Shown: one piece after another, positions 28,478 to 38,018 of the stretch | How positions within the stretch are numbered: position 1 is the stretch's first letter | Layout: each line of letters opens with the position of its first letter | IMG/VR virus record: IMGVR_UViG_3300021091_000011 | Length of the DNA: 64,000 nucleotides | Origin: a virus | Lineage: Duplodnaviria; Caudoviricetes | Direction: 5' to 3' (one strand) | Position numbers and translations under genes: made by a program | The notes under the pieces: generated by a model | What the model saw: only the letters and a program-made list of their open reading frames with translations | Told to the model about the DNA's origin: nothing | Databases searched by the model: none

Positions 28478-29115
28478 CGGCGCACAACTTCCTTAAAGGT
28501 CGCCTCGCCGTCTTTTTTGTGAATCCGATAAGCCAAGTCCGCTTCTTCGACAAGCGTTTGGCTATGGGAAACCGCCAGAATGTCGATTCCAAGACGCTTA
28601 GAGAGCAAGCGTAAGAAACGCCCAACTCTCGGAACGTAATGCTCGGCAACAGCGGCTAGGGATTCATCGAGCAAGATCAAGGGCCGAAGCCCCCGCCGAT
28701 GGGTGACGACGATTCGTAGCAAAACGGACTGAACGGTGGCGATGGAACCGCCATAGGCATCTACGCTAGACCCTTCAATCATCCCCCCTGCATCAACTTG
28801 AGTGGTGATTAGGTCTACGGACACCTTACCCCGCTGCACGTCCACTTCGGAACGGACGGACAAATGCAGGTCGTCAAACACCGCGCCCAAACCTTCGGTG
28901 AGCAGGTCTTGAGCGAGTTTTGCGTTGTCCACGACCTCGCGGTCGATCAATGCACGAAGCACGTCCGCGACTCGGGAGAGGATTTGATCCTCGGATTCCA
29001 AGTGAGCGATGCGCGCCTCGACCTGCCCCATTTCAGACAAAGACGCCGCACGAATCCCTGAGACTCGTGCGGCGTCCAAGCGAAGGGCGTCGAGTTTTTG
29101 GATTAGTTCTTCCAC
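28474..29115 (-). CDS. SbcC/Rad50-like ATPase, C-terminal half
   Basis: Short coiled coil, then signature-like YGGS, Walker B ILLDES and H-loop AVSH...EADLAYRI; no Walker A. Confidence 0.85.
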   Translation of the reverse strand: MEELIQKLDALRLDAARVSGIRAASLSEMGQVEARIAHLESEDQILSRVADVLRALIDREVVDNAKLAQDLLTEGLGAVFDDLHLSVRSEVDVQRGKVSVDLITTQVDAGGMIEGSSVDAYGGSIATVQSVLLRIVVTHRRGLRPLILLDESLAAVAEHYVPRVGRFLRLLSKRLGIDILAVSHSQTLVEEADLAYRIHKKDGEATFKEVVRR

Positions 29116-30248
29116 ACCAAAACCGCGAAGTAGTCGGTGGCACCCACCTCGGCGGGGTCCTTATGACGCACGCCGATAAAGCCACCCTTACCACGACGGT
29201 TTACACCCAACTTCAACTCGGCTACCCCGAAAGCGTCGGCAATCGACTTCAGGTAGTTATGCCCAACGGTGAAGCCGTCGGCGAAAGCGTCACCGTTGAC
29301 GATATCGCCCTTGACCGTGATCGGGTAATCGTCCTCACCGCCCGCATCGGAAGGCATAGAAGCGATCACACGACCGTCGAGATACCGCAAACGAATCGTC
29401 TCGTGGTTCTTCGGCGCGGACGCAGAAAGCACGCTGACCGCAGCCTTGAAGTCCACCAAATCCAACACGAATGAGGATTCGTCGTCATTGTCCGGATTCA
29501 CGTCGAGCTTGGGGAACGGCGCGTTCGGGCGGCTGATGCCGATGTAGCCGCCGTCAACACGGCGAATGAACGCACACGCGCCACCACCATCGTTCGCAGA
29601 CCGCTCCGACGTAAGCAGCGTCACGTCACCGTTGAGCGTGTCTTTAAGCGACAGGAACTTCGTGAGGGTCGGGATATCCTTGCCCGGAATCCGCATATTC
29701 AACTCGGGCATGGCAACGCGAACGTGCGACAACGCGCGGCGGTCAGTCGACCAGAGCGTGCCGTTGATTGCCTCGATTTGGCAAATCTCGGGCTTCTGCG
29801 TGTCGTCGGTGGACACAAAGCACTTCGACACGTTAATCGCGCGATTCAGCGTAGACGGCACGATGGTCCCGTCTACCTTCGCGTCAGAGTAAAGGCGATC
29901 CCAATATGGAAACTTCGTCGGGTCGAGCGAGCGCAAACGAATCCGGCCCTTCGTGCCCTTAGCGGTCACTTCGCCGTTTGCGTCCGACGTAATCGTCAGC
30001 AAACCGTCGGCCACACCGGACAGCCACTTGTCCAGACGCCAAGCCTCGACGGTGAAAGCATCTTCGCCTTCGGACACGCACTTCAGCGGGATGCCGCTGA
30101 AAGTACGCATATCGTAGGACAAAATCTCGACTCCTGAACCCGTCTTGCGGAACAGGTAATGCGAGGACAAGTCGGTGCCAGAACCAACCGTCAGCGTGGA
30201 CACCGCGAGTGCGGCCTCAAGATCAATCTTGGCTACTTCAATCTTCAT
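29103..30248 (-). CDS. dnaN: DNA polymerase III beta (sliding clamp)-like protein
   Basis: 381 aa with a three-domain repeat pattern; VEAWRLDKWL, FPYWD and WSTDRRAL (cf. ATDGHRL); the genome also encodes DnaX, HolA and HolB. Confidence 0.75.
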   Translation of the reverse strand: MKIEVAKIDLEAALAVSTLTVGSGTDLSSHYLFRKTGSGVEILSYDMRTFSGIPLKCVSEGEDAFTVEAWRLDKWLSGVADGLLTITSDANGEVTAKGTKGRIRLRSLDPTKFPYWDRLYSDAKVDGTIVPSTLNRAINVSKCFVSTDDTQKPEICQIEAINGTLWSTDRRALSHVRVAMPELNMRIPGKDIPTLTKFLSLKDTLNGDVTLLTSERSANDGGGACAFIRRVDGGYIGISRPNAPFPKLDVNPDNDDESSFVLDLVDFKAAVSVLSASAPKNHETIRLRYLDGRVIASMPSDAGGEDDYPITVKGDIVNGDAFADGFTVGHNYLKSIADAFGVAELKLGVNRRGKGGFIGVRHKDPAEVGATDYFAVLVWKN

Positions 30249-30255
30249 TGATTCC

Positions 30256-30519
30256 TCACAGGGACCGATAAGGCGAAAGTGCCTTGTCGAGAGCGTCAAT
30301 CTCGGCTTCAAACTTGCTCAAAGCCGCAGCGTAGGATTCCTCTAATTCGCGCACCTTGCCGTCGATTTGATCGGGGTCAATGCCCTTCGCACGAATCTCA
30401 GCCTCAACCTCGGCTAGATTCTTTTGGGCGAGTTCACGGCGCGCTTCAATCTTGTTCACTTCGTCCGCAAGGCGGTCGCGCGTTGCGAGGGCCTGCTTCA
30501 AGCGTGCGTCTAAATCCAT
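30256..30519 (-). CDS. Small coiled-coil protein
   Basis: 87 aa with heptad periodicity. Confidence 0.7.
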   Translation of the reverse strand: MDLDARLKQALATRDRLADEVNKIEARRELAQKNLAEVEAEIRAKGIDPDQIDGKVRELEESYAAALSKFEAEIDALDKALSPYRSL

Positions 30520-30561
30520 GTTTGCCAATACACCCAAAGCAGTTAGGGGGCACCCCCTATT

Positions 30562-31479
30562 TTACAGGATCAAATCGCCAAATCCGTCCGGACCAGCGGC
30601 TTCTTTCGGCTTTTCTTCTTTCGGCTTGCGTCTCGCGGCGTTGAACTCGCGCTGAGTTTTACGCGCCTCGCAAACCGTCTCAAAGTCGCAGTATTTACAA
30701 TTCGTCGGAGTAGGCGTCGGGTCAAACTTGCCCTTACGCATTGAAAGCCGAGCCTGCACGACGCGCTGCGCGATACCCTCCAAGTCCTCGTCGGTAAAGG
30801 GAATCCACTCAATGCCGGATTCGCCCGTCTCGTCGTTGAAAGGAAACCTGTACCAGACGAAGCCAATGCGCTCAGGCACCTGCTTATAGGACAACTTGAA
30901 AAGGAGCGCGTACCACCGCAACTGATCGGGATCGGGGTCTTTGCGCTTCGTGTTCTTGCCGTCGAGAATGGTAAGCCCATTGTCGTCACGGCGAATAATC
31001 AAGTCGGCACGGCCACCGACCTGCGTGTATTGGTCAATCCACCCGACTAGCCCAACCTCGGCCTTCGCGTAAGGGCCAATGAACTTGTGAGCCTTCATCG
31101 TCTTGAGATAACCGAGAACCGCGTCCTTACAATGCTGAAGCATCTCAGAACGGGTCAACTCCATCTCACGGTAGTCCATGAAGTTTCGCGGGTCAGACTC
31201 TTGCCGCTCCCATTCACGGTCGACGATGTTCAGCAAAGTGGCCGAAAGCGTTTTCGGGTCTTTGTAGAGTTCATCATTATACATACGCTCAATGGCGTAC
31301 TGAATCACGGTGCCCATGACCGCGTGATGTCGCGGACTCGGCTTTTCCGTCATGGGCTTAGGCTTGCCTGGCCCACCACCACAATCGATCCCATCCCACC
31401 CGCGCGACCACAGGAACTTCTGCGGGCACGTCTCGTACAGCGCGAAACTCGACCAATAGATCGTGCTATTCTCGTTCAT
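30562..31479 (-). CDS. PD-(D/E)XK nuclease (RecB/Cas4-like, probable Fe-S cluster)
   Basis: GRADLI...ILDGKN and QLRWYA motifs; N-terminal CPQKF plus C-terminal CKYCDFETVC. Confidence 0.88.
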   Translation of the reverse strand: MNENSTIYWSSFALYETCPQKFLWSRGWDGIDCGGGPGKPKPMTEKPSPRHHAVMGTVIQYAIERMYNDELYKDPKTLSATLLNIVDREWERQESDPRNFMDYREMELTRSEMLQHCKDAVLGYLKTMKAHKFIGPYAKAEVGLVGWIDQYTQVGGRADLIIRRDDNGLTILDGKNTKRKDPDPDQLRWYALLFKLSYKQVPERIGFVWYRFPFNDETGESGIEWIPFTDEDLEGIAQRVVQARLSMRKGKFDPTPTPTNCKYCDFETVCEARKTQREFNAARRKPKEEKPKEAAGPDGFGDLIL

Positions 31480-31488
31480 AGGCGTATT

Positions 31489-32454
31489 CTACGCCTTTTC
31501 CAAATAAGAGAGAACCCGCTCACGGACGTTTTCAGGAATGTCCGGCATTTCGCGCACGCTATCGGCTACGGACTTCGCGCCGTCCAACGGCTGAAGCGCG
31601 TCCCGAATGCGGCCCACGAAAGCGTCCATTTCTTCTTGTCGACGAACTTGGCGGTCACGCTTCTCAAGATCGAAAATCTGCTCGGGCGTTGCCACGCGCA
31701 ATCGAACAGTCGTGACCTCTAGCGGCTTGCCCTTTTCGCAGGTGAAAATCGCGCAAGCAGGAACACGGCTCAGGTCGTCTTGGGACAGCGAGCCTCGGGT
31801 CAGGCTCCCGATGTTCACGAATGTCTTGCCGCCGATATGCTCAACGCCTTGGTCTTTATGCCAATGTCCGAAGGCGTATAAGTCAGGCGCGGTGTCGAGC
31901 AAGTCGGCGTACTTGATAATGTCCTCGCCCTCGAACATCGTGCCGCCTTGCTTTGACGCGAGCACATGGGCGATGCAGATCAAAAAGTCCTCGTCGCCCC
32001 GCTGAATCGACGTAAAGCGGGTCAGGTCATACGTCGTGCCGTGATAGGGAATACCGACAACACGGACCTTCAAACCGTCTTGGAAGAAAACAACTTCGTG
32101 TTGGTCGTACAGCGGACGAAAAACCCCTGCGGCGTAAAGGACGCCAAGGGGCTGTTGCGGCAAGAACGCATAGTCGCCGTAAATCGAATCGTGATTGCCA
32201 GGAACGCAGTAAACCGGACACGGATAATCGGCATGGTGCTCGACGGTGCGCCGGACGAGTTCATGCGAGTTTCGAGTAGGCGACTTGATATGGAAGAAGT
32301 CACCACCGTCGATAATGGCGTGGGCGTTGACCTTGCGCGCTACGTCTCGCACTTGGCCTAACTTGTCGAACACCGTGTTCGCCCAATCATCGGTGCGAGA
32401 TGCGGGCGGGCGGTCAGACAAATGCACGTCAGTTCGCCACACGAGTCGAATCAC
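31489..32454 (-). CDS. sbcD: SbcD/Mre11-like metallophosphoesterase nuclease
   Basis: TDVH, GGDFFH, PGNHD, IAH and FGHWH phosphoesterase motifs. Confidence 0.88.
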   Translation of the reverse strand: MIRLVWRTDVHLSDRPPASRTDDWANTVFDKLGQVRDVARKVNAHAIIDGGDFFHIKSPTRNSHELVRRTVEHHADYPCPVYCVPGNHDSIYGDYAFLPQQPLGVLYAAGVFRPLYDQHEVVFFQDGLKVRVVGIPYHGTTYDLTRFTSIQRGDEDFLICIAHVLASKQGGTMFEGEDIIKYADLLDTAPDLYAFGHWHKDQGVEHIGGKTFVNIGSLTRGSLSQDDLSRVPACAIFTCEKGKPLEVTTVRLRVATPEQIFDLEKRDRQVRRQEEMDAFVGRIRDALQPLDGAKSVADSVREMPDIPENVRERVLSYLEKA

Positions 32455-33473
32455 GAATCACCAAATAAATCGAACACGGATTCACTAGATTCCTCTGATT
32501 CACCCGAAGAAACCGGAGGAGATTCACCACGAATCCTAGATTCGGCTAACTTTACATACTCAGGATTTAGTTCACAACCAACAAAGTTACGGCCAAGACG
32601 GAGGGCTACCGCCCCCGTCGTGCCCGAACCCGAAAATGGGTCTAGCACGAGTCCGTCATTTGAACTTCCAGCGAGAATCATCGGCTCTATTAATTCTTCG
32701 GGGAAAGTAGCGAAATGTGCGCCTTTATAGGGCTTCGTCGTGATCGTCCAGACGGAACGGCGGTTGCGCGTTTCGGCAACGGTCACACCATCCGGCCGCA
32801 AGAACCCTCTGCGTGTCTGTCCATGCTTGCCCATCTGCGCGTTCTTACCGTTGTTGTTTAGAACCGTCGCGCCCGCGTGGATCGCAGGCTCTGCAATAGC
32901 GGCGGCATCGTAGTAGTACCGCTCGGACTTCGCCAAAAGAAACAGGTATTCGTGCGCCTTCGTGCAGCGGTCGGTCACGCTTTCCAGCATCGGGTTCGGC
33001 TTCGACCAGATGATGTCCTGCCGCAGATACCAACCGTCCGCTTGCAGGGCGAATGCTACGCGCCACGGGATGCCGACGAGGTCTTTGGGTTTGAGGCCAG
33101 CAGGGATTGATCGCGCTCGAATCCGCTGGCCGGTGAACCCTCCAACCTTTGATAAATCTCCCGCGCCAGTGTTCGCATACGAATCCCCCAGATTCAGCCA
33201 CAGCGTCCCGTCGTCCCGCAGCACCCGCCGCACTTCCCGGAACACCTCGACCAGATTGGCGACGTAGTCTTCCGGCGTGTCCTCAAGGCCGATTTGACCA
33301 TCGTGACCGTAATCTCTCAAACCCCAATACGGAGGCGAAGTCACGCAAGTATGAACTGATTTCTCGGGCATCGACTTTAGAGACTCGATGCAATCCCCGA
33401 TGTAAATCGTCGCTGAGTTTCGATTATCACCGAAACCATGACTCAAAGTGATTTTGTTGCTGATTTGGGTCAC
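32451..33473 (-). CDS. Beta-class amino (N4-C/N6-A) DNA methyltransferase 1
   Basis: TSPPYW (motif IV) precedes HFATFP and DPFSGSGTTG (motif I). Confidence 0.93.
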   Translation of the reverse strand: MTQISNKITLSHGFGDNRNSATIYIGDCIESLKSMPEKSVHTCVTSPPYWGLRDYGHDGQIGLEDTPEDYVANLVEVFREVRRVLRDDGTLWLNLGDSYANTGAGDLSKVGGFTGQRIRARSIPAGLKPKDLVGIPWRVAFALQADGWYLRQDIIWSKPNPMLESVTDRCTKAHEYLFLLAKSERYYYDAAAIAEPAIHAGATVLNNNGKNAQMGKHGQTRRGFLRPDGVTVAETRNRRSVWTITTKPYKGAHFATFPEELIEPMILAGSSNDGLVLDPFSGSGTTGAVALRLGRNFVGCELNPEYVKLAESRIRGESPPVSSGESEESSESVFDLFGDS

Positions 33474-34543
33474 GAATCACCAAATAAATCGAACACGGAT
33501 TCACTAGATTCCTCTGATTCACCCGAAGAAACCGGAGGGGATTCACCACGAATCCTAGATTCGGCTAACTTTACATACTCAGGATTTAGTTCACAACCAA
33601 CAAAGTTACGGCCAAGACGGAGGGCTACCGCCCCCGTCGTGCCCGAACCCGAAAATGGGTCTAGCACGAGTCCGTCATTTGAACTTCCAGCGAGAATCAT
33701 CGGCTCTATTAATTCTTCGGGGAAAGTAGCGAAGTGCGCGCCTTTATAGGACTTGGTCGTGACCGTCCACACGGAGCGGCGGTTGCGGGTTCCCGTGTCG
33801 CCCCAGATGCGCTCTCCTGTTTGGCAATTGTTAGTGCCGCACCCGTCGTGCCACCCCTCAGAGGATTTATCCCTCGGCTTCGTCGGCGCACTTGAGGCGC
33901 TTTCCTTCACCGCCTCCGCGTCGTAGTAGTACCGCGCCGACTTCGCCAGCAGGAAGATGTACTCGTGCGCCTTCGTGCAGCGGTCGGTCACGCTTTCCGG
34001 CATCGGGTTCGGCTTGTGCCAGATGATGTCCTGCCGCAGATACCAGCCGTCAGCCTGCAACGCGAAGGCAACACGCCACGGGATGCCTACGAGGTCTTTG
34101 ACTTTCAACCTATCTGGCCTGCCCGGCTTGAACGAGTTGGGCGGAATAGCGGTTTCCACGGTTCCCCAACCCTTGCCTTCTAAATCCTCGCTGCGAGTTG
34201 ACCACCATGAACTTTTGCGTTTTGCGCCCATTCCCCAGTTGCTTGCATACGAGTCCCCCAAATTCAACCACAGCGTCCCATCATCCCGCAGAACGCGCCG
34301 CACTTCGCGGAACACCTCGACTATCTTAGCGACGTAGTCTTCCGGAGTGTCCTCCAAGCCGATTTGACCATCGTGACCGTAATCTCTCAAACCCCAATAC
34401 GGAGGGGACGTCACGCAAGTATGAACTGATTTCTCGGGCATCGACTTTAGAGACTCGATGCAATCCCCGATGTAGATCGTCGCTGAGTTTCGATTATCAC
34501 CGAAACCATGACTCAAAGTGATTTTGTTGCTGATTTGGGTCAC
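33470..34543 (-). CDS. Beta-class amino DNA methyltransferase 2 (tandem paralog)
   Basis: Same motifs as methyltransferase 1; near-identical termini, different central loops. Confidence 0.93.
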   Translation of the reverse strand: MTQISNKITLSHGFGDNRNSATIYIGDCIESLKSMPEKSVHTCVTSPPYWGLRDYGHDGQIGLEDTPEDYVAKIVEVFREVRRVLRDDGTLWLNLGDSYASNWGMGAKRKSSWWSTRSEDLEGKGWGTVETAIPPNSFKPGRPDRLKVKDLVGIPWRVAFALQADGWYLRQDIIWHKPNPMPESVTDRCTKAHEYIFLLAKSARYYYDAEAVKESASSAPTKPRDKSSEGWHDGCGTNNCQTGERIWGDTGTRNRRSVWTVTTKSYKGAHFATFPEELIEPMILAGSSNDGLVLDPFSGSGTTGAVALRLGRNFVGCELNPEYVKLAESRIRGESPPVSSGESEESSESVFDLFGDS

Positions 34544-35556
34544 GAATCACCAAATAAATCGAACACGGATTCTTCCGGTTTGATGCAATGCGGGGAGAAC
34601 CATATAACCTCTTTGGTTGCGTTCTCGTACCCCTTTTTGTTTTGATTCCCGTACCCGCCTGAAGCCTTCCAACGATACGGAACCCAACCTTCTCGTAGCA
34701 GGGAATCGTGCTCATCATATCCACAAAGAGCGACACGCATATCATCCCGCGTGCCGGACTTTATGGCCCAATCACGAACTTGGGATGCAATACCATTGCC
34801 CATCCCACCCGAACCATAATCCATAGTGCCCGTGTCATAGGGTGGATCGAGGAAAACCCCGCAAACCCCCATACCAAATGGGACGGAATCTCCGGTAACA
34901 CGAGTCCAATCACCCGAGCAAACGCGAACCTTACGCAATCGAGCGGCAAGCTCATTAAAGTAAAGAGTTAGTGCGTCTTTACCCATATATGATCTAAGAA
35001 CGCCTTTACCAGATCCCCCATATTGGGGGATCTGGCAATTTATGCCTTGCGTACCGCTCAAACGGGGAATCTGGCGTTTTATGCCTTGCGTGCCGCCACT
35101 AACTTTCCCAAAACCATCCCCCTTACGAGTCCAAGGGCCATTACCCGTACACCAACCCGTGCCAATCCATGCGGAGATACCCCAAACACACCAACCTGCG
35201 GCTTTCACATCGAACCATTCCGGATCGAGGATGAGCCGATCTGTAATGTCCTCTTTGTGCTCAACAAGCCATAAATGACGAGCATGGAGATCGCACTCAT
35301 TTACGGGCCAATCCGCAAAATGCGCCACCGCTGCGGGGTCTGCCTGAACAGCCCGCCAGAAGTTACATAATAGGGCATCTTTGTCGTTGACCGTTTCAAT
35401 GCCATGAAACGGTAAAGGACGCCCTAGAAGAACGGCACCCGAGCCAAAAAAAGGCTCAACGTAAGATCGAACATCCCCGAATCTACGCCACACTTCAGCG
35501 GCTACTTTACTCTTCCCACCGAAGTATGGGAAAGGGGCTTCTAACGTGTTGCTCAA
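34540..35556 (-). CDS. Dam-like (D12 class) adenine methyltransferase
   Basis: FPYFGGKS, YVEPFFGSGAV, ETVNDKD and FLDPPY motifs; TTG start with GAGGG RBS. Confidence 0.9.
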   Translation of the reverse strand: MSNTLEAPFPYFGGKSKVAAEVWRRFGDVRSYVEPFFGSGAVLLGRPLPFHGIETVNDKDALLCNFWRAVQADPAAVAHFADWPVNECDLHARHLWLVEHKEDITDRLILDPEWFDVKAAGWCVWGISAWIGTGWCTGNGPWTRKGDGFGKVSGGTQGIKRQIPRLSGTQGINCQIPQYGGSGKGVLRSYMGKDALTLYFNELAARLRKVRVCSGDWTRVTGDSVPFGMGVCGVFLDPPYDTGTMDYGSGGMGNGIASQVRDWAIKSGTRDDMRVALCGYDEHDSLLREGWVPYRWKASGGYGNQNKKGYENATKEVIWFSPHCIKPEESVFDLFGDS

Positions 35557-35644
35557 TGGAATTACCCTCGGGCATTTTTTGGGTGCGGTTTCAATACGCG
35601 ATCTGCGCGATAGCGCAGATCACTTGAAAGTTTTTCGAGCGGTT

Positions 35645-36859
35645 CTATGGCTCCGATTTTTTCCAGACCCAAATCGGCTCGCAAAAACTGCTAAACAGGG
35701 CGTCGGAGCCTATTGCTTGCCGATCACTAGGACGAACAGGTAAGCGCAATCCAACCGCACCCTGATAAACGGCATTGGGCAGCGTTGTGATAAAGTCGTT
35801 CATGGGATCACAAATGCTGTTTATCAAACGGATAAACCCGCCTTCTTCACGCTCATCTGCACGGACGTCTGCAATGTTGACGCACAAGTGCCCGCCAACT
35901 TTCAAGTTATCCCAAGCAAGTGCTAAGGTCTTGAAAAGAAAGTCCTGCAACCATGCGTCCAAACGCTTGTATCTGATCCATGATTGCGTTTGATCTTTGG
36001 TGTAGCGTTCTTTGTCGAAATAGGGCGGCGAAGTGAAAGCAATATCGAACGGCCCGTCCAACTGCGTCAAGTCCTCGGCAGGACTGCATATCAGGTTGCA
36101 CGTCTTTGGTGTGAACGTGCTGAACCAATCGAACAGGTCACCGTCGAGGTTTCTATTGTAGGCTTCGACTTGGGCCGCATAGCCGCCATGCAGACGGAAG
36201 TTCGGATCAATGCCCGTGTAGTGCGTAACCTTGTCGCACGCGAGCGCCGCTGATAACCGATCACCCCAACCCGCAGACAAGTCCAGCACACGGCCACCAC
36301 CATAAAGGTCATACACGGCTTTCGCAGCCGAAGGCCGGAACTGCGCGGCGACATACTTCCTAATAGAGCCTGCGGTCCTGATCTCAGAAGGGGTTATCTT
36401 TGTTACCCCGAAAGAAAACAAAGCCTTGAATAAACCCCTCCGCAGCGATGGTGTCGCCCAACTCCGCAAAGCAGAAGGTGATGAAGAAAGATCAGTAGCG
36501 TTTCTGTTTGCCTGATGAAAGTAGTCAGAAGAACGTGCGCCGACGTTGCTACGGTCGATATACAAATCCTGTTTGTGATACGAGTAGGGGAAATCAGTTT
36601 CCCATGGCTCGCGCTTCAACAATAGCCGCGTATCAAGACTTCGCAGCCGCAAGAAATCAGTCGTAGCCTGTTCAATCGTCGTATGCCGCATCGGATATGG
36701 CATACCAGACTTCTCGACTGCTTCTTGAAGCAGGTCGATGATTTGATCCTGAGTGAGCGTGGCGTTCAAATCGGACCACAAAGGCTCGTCGATATCGAAC
36801 TCTTGTCCCCTTACTAGGGATTCCCAAGTAATCACGTCGCGTGCCCACAAGTCGGGCAC
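35645..36859 (-). CDS. Alpha-order amino DNA methyltransferase
   Basis: VLDLSAGWGDRL (motif I variant) precedes FDIAFTSPPYF (motif IV). Confidence 0.85.
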   Translation of the reverse strand: MPDLWARDVITWESLVRGQEFDIDEPLWSDLNATLTQDQIIDLLQEAVEKSGMPYPMRHTTIEQATTDFLRLRSLDTRLLLKREPWETDFPYSYHKQDLYIDRSNVGARSSDYFHQANRNATDLSSSPSALRSWATPSLRRGLFKALFSFGVTKITPSEIRTAGSIRKYVAAQFRPSAAKAVYDLYGGGRVLDLSAGWGDRLSAALACDKVTHYTGIDPNFRLHGGYAAQVEAYNRNLDGDLFDWFSTFTPKTCNLICSPAEDLTQLDGPFDIAFTSPPYFDKERYTKDQTQSWIRYKRLDAWLQDFLFKTLALAWDNLKVGGHLCVNIADVRADEREEGGFIRLINSICDPMNDFITTLPNAVYQGAVGLRLPVRPSDRQAIGSDALFSSFCEPIWVWKKSEP

Positions 36860-38010
36860 TCGCCCATCGCGTGCAAAGCGTCATGTGCTTCTTGCACCGC
36901 GTTGGCGTGTTGTTCTCGGGATGCGGACAACGAATCCGTCAAGAGATTCACGTCGGTCAAACCAGACGCATAGCGCACCGACCAATCCCGAATCTTGGCG
37001 ACGCCCGCAGGGTACTTGGCGATCCGCTCGGCACTCGGCAACGGCGGTAAATCTAAATCCTGCGCGTCTTTTTCCAGAGTCTTTTTCAGGAGGGCGCTAC
37101 GCCGCAAGTCTTCCAAACCGGACAAAGAAAAAGAAAAAAGCGGCGTCGTGACGTGAAGATTATACTTATGTGAGTTACTACGCGCGTTTTTGAGGCGGGC
37201 AGCGAGGGCGGCGGCGGCGTGAGATTCGTCGGCGGCGGTTTTAGCCGAGCACGCGCTCGAATCAGGGACGCTTTTAGCCGTAAATCCCGCGATTGGCGCT
37301 AAATCCTCACGGGATTTACGGAGCCTTTCGGCTAAATCTTTCAGGCTGGCGATCTCGCGGGCCATATCTCGCAGCGCGTTCAAGTCCACCGTGTTGATGC
37401 CCTCTAACACGGTGTCCAAGCCGTCGAACTTCTGAGCACGCTCTTGCAAGCGGGTCATATCCGCACGGCGCACCTTGATTTCCGAAGCGATGGTCCTGCG
37501 GTCGGATTCACTCGCCCGAAGCGCGTCAGACAACTTGCCCACGCGCTCCACGTCCGAAAGAGCCTCGGCCACGACGGAACCCGGACGGTCTACCAAAAAC
37601 AGCGTGCCGTCAAACTGACGAGCAATCTGCGGCCATAGGCCATCGGAACCCGCGCTAATCTCGCGCACGCCCAAAGCCTCAACCTCGGGGGGCACGCCAC
37701 GACCGACGCCTTCGAGCGCCTTGCCGTCTAGGACATAGCGATTGATCGCCTTGCCCTTGCCCTCGGGCTTTTCGTTGCCCTTTTCCCAAGTGAGCGTGTG
37801 CCCATCGTCGAACGACAGGTCAACGGTCAAATGAGCCTCGCCTTTACGGACGAGTGGGCCAGCGGGTGCGTTCGTGAACGCACCACGAACGGCGCGCAAA
37901 GCCGCCGTCTTGCCAGAATTGTTCGAGCCTGTGATTACCGTCAGGCCGGAAACACGAATCGTGGCGTCTTTGATCGACTGAAAGTTTCGGACACGAACAC
38001 GGAAAGGCAT
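36832..38010 (-). CDS. SbcC/Rad50-like ATPase, N-terminal half ending in the zinc hook
   Basis: VRNFQSI, Walker A TGSNNSGKT, Q-loop QIARQFD, long coiled coil and terminal ECPTCGHAT. Confidence 0.88.
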   Translation of the reverse strand: MPFRVRVRNFQSIKDATIRVSGLTVITGSNNSGKTAALRAVRGAFTNAPAGPLVRKGEAHLTVDLSFDDGHTLTWEKGNEKPEGKGKAINRYVLDGKALEGVGRGVPPEVEALGVREISAGSDGLWPQIARQFDGTLFLVDRPGSVVAEALSDVERVGKLSDALRASESDRRTIASEIKVRRADMTRLQERAQKFDGLDTVLEGINTVDLNALRDMAREIASLKDLAERLRKSREDLAPIAGFTAKSVPDSSACSAKTAADESHAAAALAARLKNARSNSHKYNLHVTTPLFSFSLSGLEDLRRSALLKKTLEKDAQDLDLPPLPSAERIAKYPAGVAKIRDWSVRYASGLTDVNLLTDSLSASREQHANAVQEAHDALHAMGECPTCGHAT

Positions 38011-38018
38011 GGACTATA

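Larger units (their letters stand above)
32451..34572. repeat. Tandem duplication of methyltransferase ends; a roughly 32-bp junction repeat at 32451, 33470 and 34540
   Basis: About 280 bp at the 3' end and about 215 bp at the 5' end are near-identical between the two genes. TCACGAATCACCAAATAAATCGAACACGGATTC occurs three times. Confidence 0.9.

Noticed and set aside
35600-35621. Perfect 9-bp hairpin GATCTGCGC-GATA-GCGCAGATC between methylase genes
   Set aside because: No U-tract on either strand and it occurs only once; function is unsupported.
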